64,000 bases of DNA from Macrostomum lignano (taxonomy: Eukaryota): positions 248,001 through 312,000 of the forward strand of contig NIVC01000083.1 in assembly GCA_002269645.1 (NCBI GenBank), written 5' to 3'. Positions 58,808 to 64,000 of this stretch are shown here, piece after piece. Position numbers and translations under genes: made by a program. How positions within the stretch are numbered: the stretch's first letter is position 1; each line of letters begins with the position of its first letter. Under the pieces are notes generated by a model that made no database searches, was not told the DNA's origin, and was given only the letters and a program-made list of their open reading frames with translations.

Positions 58808-61800
58808 TTTAGTCAGTTATTTAGTTAGTCAGTTAGTTAGTTATTTAGTCAGTTAGTTAGTTATTTAGTCAGTTAGTTATTTAGTTAGTCAGTTAGTTAT
58901 TTAGTCAGTTAGTTATTTAGTCAGTTAGTTATTTAGTTAGTCAGTTAGTTATTTAGTTAGTCAGTTAGTTAGTTAGTCAGTCAGTTAGTTAGTTAGTCAG
59001 TTAGTTTGTTATTTAGTCAGTTAGTTTGTTATTTAGTCAGTTAGTTATTTAGTTAGTCAGTTAGTTAGTTAGTTAGTCAGTTAGTTAGTCAGTTAGTTAG
59101 TTATTTAGTCAGTTAGTTATTTAGTTAGTCAGTTAGTTAGTTATTTAGTCAGTTAGTTATTTAGTCAGTTAGTTAGTTATTTAGTCAGTTAGTTATTTAG
59201 TTAGTCAGTTAGTTATTTAGTTAGTCAGTTAGTTAGTTAGTCAGTTAGTTAGTTAGTCAGTTAGTTTGTTATTTAGTCAGTTAGTTAGTTATTTAGTCAG
59301 TTAGTTAGTTATTTAGTCAGTTAGTTATTTAGTTAGTCAGTTAGTTAGTTAGTTAGTTAGTTAGTCAGTTAGTTAGTTATTTAGTCAGTTAGTTATTTAG
59401 TTAGTCAGTTAGTTAGTTAGTTAGTTAGTTAGTTATTTAGTCAGTTAGTTATTTAGTTAGTCAGTTATTTAGTTAGTCAGTTAATTAGTTAGTTAGTTAG
59501 TCAGTTAGTTAGTTAGCTATAAAAGTCCAGTCCGTACGCTAAACTCAATCACCGCGTAGACTCAACACTCGAGCAATAAAATGTTCACAGGGCGTTGCTT
59601 AACTAACAATTGCAACAATTGGCATCTCAAAATTGGTCTGGAGTTTATGCTCTTATGTTTCATTTGCTTTCCTTAGATCGTATATATAGGCATATATGCT
59701 ATGAGAGCTGTTGAGTCGGGTTTGAGCAGTCCTCGTCAGTCTCACCCTCCCTACGTAACCGCCTCTATATTAGCCGAGCAGGGCTATTTTTAATTTTAAT
59801 TTCTCTTTCTGTCCCCTGTTCGTCTCAATGTTTCTCAGTTCTTATCGCGCAAAGACATGCAAGTCTGTAATATATCTGTTGCCAAATTTAGAACTCACGC
59901 CTTGCCAATAGCTAATAATAATACTGGTTGCTATGCTGAATAGTAAATTTATTAATTGCGCTTGTCTGGCGATGAAAATTGTGTGTAATTAACCTGTATG
60001 CTTGTGTGTTATATAGCCCCTTTAAGTGTGCATTTGGCTGTTCTATTATATTTAGTTGTCTTTTAGATTATTCTGGTTACCTAACTCACTCATTCACTAA
60101 GTCCTCCTTCATTCACCCATTCACTAGTTCCTGCATTGACCCATTCACTAATTCCTGCATTCACCCTTTCACTAGTTCCTGCATTCACCCATTCACTAGT
60201 TCCTGCATTCACCCATTCACTAATTCCTGCATTCACCCATTCACTAGTTCCTGCATTCACCCATTCACTAATTCCTGCATTCACCCATTCACTAATTCCT
60301 GCATTGACCCATTCACTAATTCCTGCATTGACCCATTCACTAATTCCTGCATTGACCCATTCACTAGTTCCTGCATTCACCCATTCACTAATTCCTGCAT
60401 TGACCCATTCACTAATTCCTGCATTGACCCATTCACTAATTCCTGCATTCACCCATTCACTAATTCCTGAATTCACCCATTCACTAATTCCTGCATTCAC
60501 CCATTCACTAATTCCTGCATTCACCCATTCACTAATTCCTGCATTCATTCTATCACTAATTCCTCTATTCACCCAATCCTTTTAGTTAATTCACCCAATC
60601 ACTTTTTAGTTAATTCACTGCTCTCACAAATTCACTCAGTCACAAGCACGCCCCTTGTCTACCCATTTCCTCATTGTTCTTTTCTTCCCATCGTACTCGC
60701 TTACCACAATAATCCCCCTTGTTGCTCCCATCATTGCCATTGCTATGGCTTGTCACGTGCCTTCTTCTCCATCTCTTCTAGATAGTCAACAGTCCCAGCT
60801 CCCCGTGCAGCCGCCGATCAGTGCTTTAAGCCAGTTCTGCTCTACAGTTCAAAAGTACTTTTTCAGTGCGGTTTTGTATGTACCGACTCTTGGATGAACT
60901 GAAGCGGGGCCTCATTTCTCCCCTTCTCCTTCTCTTCCCTATCTACCCTGCTGCCTCAGTCCTGCACACTCCCATTCAGTGCACGTGTGCGCTAATACAG
61001 GTTTTACACTATAAGCCAGATCTTTTTTTGCAATTTAATTTTTAGTTTGCGCTAGAATAATTTCAATGACCAGTTAGTAAGTAGTATGTGAGTAGTATAC
61101 GCTCGTGCATTCTTCTGTTTATATTTGATATTCTCAAAATTATTAATTTATATAATAGTTTTATTAGAAAATTACCAGAAAACAATAACAAAAGTAAATA
61201 CCAACAGCTGCAAACAATAAAAACAGTAAACCACAACAGCAAAGCAACAACAAATGCAAACAACAATAAAAACATCAACGACTATAACAAACAACAACAG
61301 TAGCAGCAAAAATACAACAGCAACAACAGAAAACTATAAGCAACAATAATGGGCAGAGCAGTTTAATAACACGAATTTGGGCATAACTATATAAACCTGT
61401 CTTGTACAACCTTGCCACAGATCTACAAGTCTACCAAGTGCAACGATGTGGTGCAGCAGAGCTACTGCCCTCGCGGACCGTTCTGCGCCTTCGCTCACGA
61501 GGAATCCGAGATGAACTTTGGACGCAATTTCATCCAGGAGATGCAGGAGCTGCACTCAGCTGGAGACCAGCTGCCTGCCCAGCTCAGCGGCCTGTCACCG
61601 CTGACTCTGTCTCGCCTGATTGGCACCGGTTGGGACTTTGGCGGCAGCGGCGGAGCCCCGAGTCCTCCAGGAGCCAGCTTCGCAACTGGCCGACAGCAAC
61701 ACCTGCATCAGCTTCATCATTCACCTGTTGGCGCAGCCGCAGCAGCCGCTGCCGCGGTTGGTGGCAACAAAGGTGACTGTTTTTGAAATGTTGCTGGTTG

Positions 61801-64000
61801 GTATGGGATTAGCGATTCTAATGGGATTAACGATTGGAGGTATGGATTAGCGATTCTAGGTATGGGATTAGCAATTCTAGGTATGAGATTAGCAATTCTA
61901 GGTATGGGATTAGCGATTCTAGGTATGGGATTAGCGATTCGAGGTATGGGATTAGTGATTCGAGGTATGGGATTAGCGATTCGAGGTATGGGATTAGCGA
62001 TTGGAGGTATTGGATTAGCGATTCTAGGTATGGGATAAGCAATTCTAGGCATGTGATTAGCGATTCGAGGTATGGGATTAGCGATTCGAGGTATGGGATT
62101 AGCGATTCGAGGTATGGGATTAGCGATTGGAGGTATGGGATTAGCGATTCGAGGTATGGGATTAGCGATTGGAGGTATGGGATTAGCGATTCGAGGTATG
62201 GGATTAGCGATTCGAGGTATGGGATTAGCGATTCGAGGTATGGGATTAGCGATTCGAGGTATGGGATTAGCGATTGGAGGTATGGGATTAGCGATTCTAG
62301 GTATGGGATTAGCGATTCGAGGTATGGAATTAGCGATTGGAGGTATGGGATTAGCGATTCGAGGTATGGGATTAGCGATTCGAGGTATGGGATTAGCGAT
62401 TCGAGGTATGGAATTAGCGATTGGAGGTATGGGATTAGCGATTCGAGGTATGGGATTAGCGATTCGAGGTATGGGATTAGCGATTCGAGGTATGGGATTA
62501 GCGATTCGAGGTATGGAATTAGCGATTGGAGGTATGGGATTAGCGATTCGAGGTATGGGATTAGCGATTCTAGGCATGGGATAAGTGATTTATAGCATGG
62601 TATTAAGGATTTAAAGTATGGGATTAACGATTCTTGGTGTGATAATAGTGCTTACAGTTCCCTGATAAGCTTTGCCATGTAAAACAGCCAACCGCCGCCC
62701 TCTCAACCAAACCAGGCCGCACGTACAGCGGTGCCAGTGTCGCGTCAGCCGAGTCGGGCCTCGGCAGCCTGCACCGCGGCGACAGCCCCGCCTTTCACGC
62801 CAGATTCTCGACGTCGACGTCGACTTCGTCGGGTCGAAACTCCGCGGTTGCTACGGCCTCCGCCGCCGCCGCTGCAGCAGCCGCCGCCGCCGCAACCTAC
62901 GCGTCCGCCTCCAGCGGCGGAATGTCGAACCTGCCGCCAGATCTGGACGAGCTCGACTTTTTGTCGCAGCCCGACGGCGTCGGGACCGCCTGTTCGCAGA
63001 GCAGCGACTCTTTCAGCCCGCTGACTGTTCTGACATCCACCGCTAGCGGGCCGCTGGGCATCCCCGGCGCCACCAGTCCCTACAGCCCGTCTGCCTTCCG
63101 GTCGACAATGTCGTCGCATGGATCGGCGGCTGTCGGTCCGCTGCCATTTCAGTCTGGAGCTGGCGGCACGTTTGAGGTTGGCTAATCCGCTGCCGGGATA
63201 TCAAAGATGAATACTCCTCAATATCGGGAGAAATCGCCTCTAATGTAGAGAAATCGCCTCTAATGTAGAGAAATCGCCCTATAATGTAGAGAAATCGCCT
63301 CTAATGTAGAGAAATCGCCTCTAAATGTAGAGAAATCGCCTCTAAATGTAGAGAAATCGCCTCTAAATGTAGAGAAATCGCCTCTAATGTAGAGAAATCG
63401 CCTCTAATGTAGAGAAATCGCCTCTAATGTAGAGAAATCGCCTCTAAATGTAGAGAAATCGCCTCTAAATGTAGAGAAATCGCCTCTAAATGTAGAGAAA
63501 TCGCCTCTAAATGTAGAGAAATCGCCTCTAATGTAGAGAAATCGCCTCTAAATGTAGAGAAATCGCCTCTAAATGTAGAGAAATCGCCTCTAAATGTAGA
63601 GAAATCGCCTCTAATGTAGAGAAATCGCCTCTAATGTAGAGAAATCGCCTCTAATGTAGAGAAATCGCCTCTAAATGTAGAGAAATCGCCTCTAAATGTA
63701 GAGAAATCGCCTCTAATGTAGAGAAATCGCCTCTAATGTAGAGAAATCGCCTCTAAATGTAGAGAAATCGCCTCTAATGTAGAGAAATCGCCTCTAAATG
63801 TAGAGAAATCGCCTCTAAATGTAGAGAAATCGCCTCTAAATGTAGAGAAAACTCTTGAAAACAACGCGCAGGCCGCCTCAGGTCGTCACCGAATGAACAG
63901 CGACCAGTCGTCAGCGATGTCCCCGAACTTCGCGCAGAGTCCCATCCTCATCAGCAGCAGCAGCCCGTTCGCCAACCCGGGTGTCGATCTCGAGCGACTG
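50721..64000 (+). CDS. UNK: RING finger protein unkempt homolog, 5' part; exons 50721-50938, 53293-53544, 55431-55790, 57605-57722, 61421-61772, 62716-63176, 63872-64000 (continues beyond window end)
   Basis: KQQHLSYLRDFRTQQCPLF, HKPFTCFHWHF, YSPDVYC, YHLRYFKTG.C, CAFAHG, YKTEQCRKPPRMCRQGYACPFFHN, YRSTPCPAVK and QQFHPEIYKSTKCND (tandem CCCH fingers), then a low-complexity region. The exon 6 acceptor (62716) was chosen to preserve frame. Confidence 0.93.
51834..51890 (+). other. Degenerate 28S rRNA H69-H71 fragment, copy C, inside the MULE-like element
   Basis: GGGTAAACGGCAGGAGTAACTATGACTGTCTTA is 31/33 identical to LSU, followed by TTAGGTCAAAATGCCTTGGC. Confidence 0.85.
52284..52472. mobile_element. 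Small MITE-like element nested in the MULE-like element
   Basis: Imperfect inverted ends CAGGCGCGGATCCAGG ... CCAGGATCCGTCATTG and a subterminal G-run/CATGGCCCCC/C-run hairpin. Confidence 0.5.
53790..55190. repeat. Polypyrimidine minisatellite (CTCTCCTTCCCTCTCTCC)n in UNK intron 2
   Basis: Read directly. Confidence 0.95.
55830..56465. repeat. 32-bp minisatellite (GGGTTGTACAGGTGTGGGGTTATAAAGGTGTA)n in UNK intron 3, decaying into 16-bp half-units
   Basis: Tandem units read directly. Confidence 0.95.
57235..57535. repeat. 28-bp minisatellite (GTTGCTGGGCCAGCCTCCCAGATCCYCA / ..GAGTGTCA)n in UNK intron 3
   Basis: Same unit as 18395-18945. Confidence 0.95.
58065..59518. repeat. Compound tetranucleotide microsatellite (TTAG/TCAG/TTAT)n in UNK intron 4
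   Basis: Read directly. Confidence 0.95.
60095..60565. repeat. 24-bp minisatellite (CATTCACCCATTCACTAATTCCTG)n in UNK intron 4
   Basis: Tandem units read directly. Confidence 0.95.
61800..62630. repeat. 21-bp minisatellite (GGTATGGGATTAGCGATTCGA)n filling UNK intron 5
   Basis: Tandem units read directly. Confidence 0.95.
63228..63850. repeat. 20/21-bp minisatellite (AGAGAAATCGCCTCTAA(A)TGT)n filling UNK intron 6
   Basis: Tandem units read directly. Confidence 0.95.

Noticed and set aside
62688-62715. Acceptor at 62688 for UNK exon 6
   Set aside because: It is out of frame with the phase-1 donor at 61772; the acceptor at 62716 restores the frame.

Overview
Eukaryotic, intron-rich animal DNA. 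GC-rich exons, AT-rich spacers and a different minisatellite in most long introns suggest a Macrostomum-like flatworm, which is inference rather than proof. Nine protein-coding genes were assembled by hand from GT-AG splice sites and protein motifs. Minus strand: NARS2 (5' part), PRMT6-like, CTDNEP1/Dullard, TMEM41A and a stand-alone EXD2 C-terminal (HNH-like) protein. Plus strand: NLK, tryptophan hydroxylase, RASEF/Rab45 and Unkempt (5' part). Mobile DNA includes a decayed non-LTR retrotransposon (RT, RNase H, Cys/His tail) inside a minisatellite, a ~1.2-kb Mutator-like element with long TIRs and a 9-bp TSD, a small MITE nested in it, a 264-bp TSD-flanked insert and a hAT remnant. Main leads: (1) three unlinked ~40-60-nt copies of the 28S rRNA H69-H71 segment (the R2 / I-PpoI / Pokey target), each with the central TTAAGG destroyed; (2) a membrane-anchored EXD2-C-only gene and a PRMT6-like gene whose main exons start in phase 0 at a splice acceptor with no ATG, as expected if the flatworm spliced-leader 3' AUG supplies the start codon; (3) a 21-bp-period array of ETS (CCGGAAGT) sites just upstream of the mitochondrial NARS2 gene. 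Most long ORFs in the supplied track are translations of tandem repeats.
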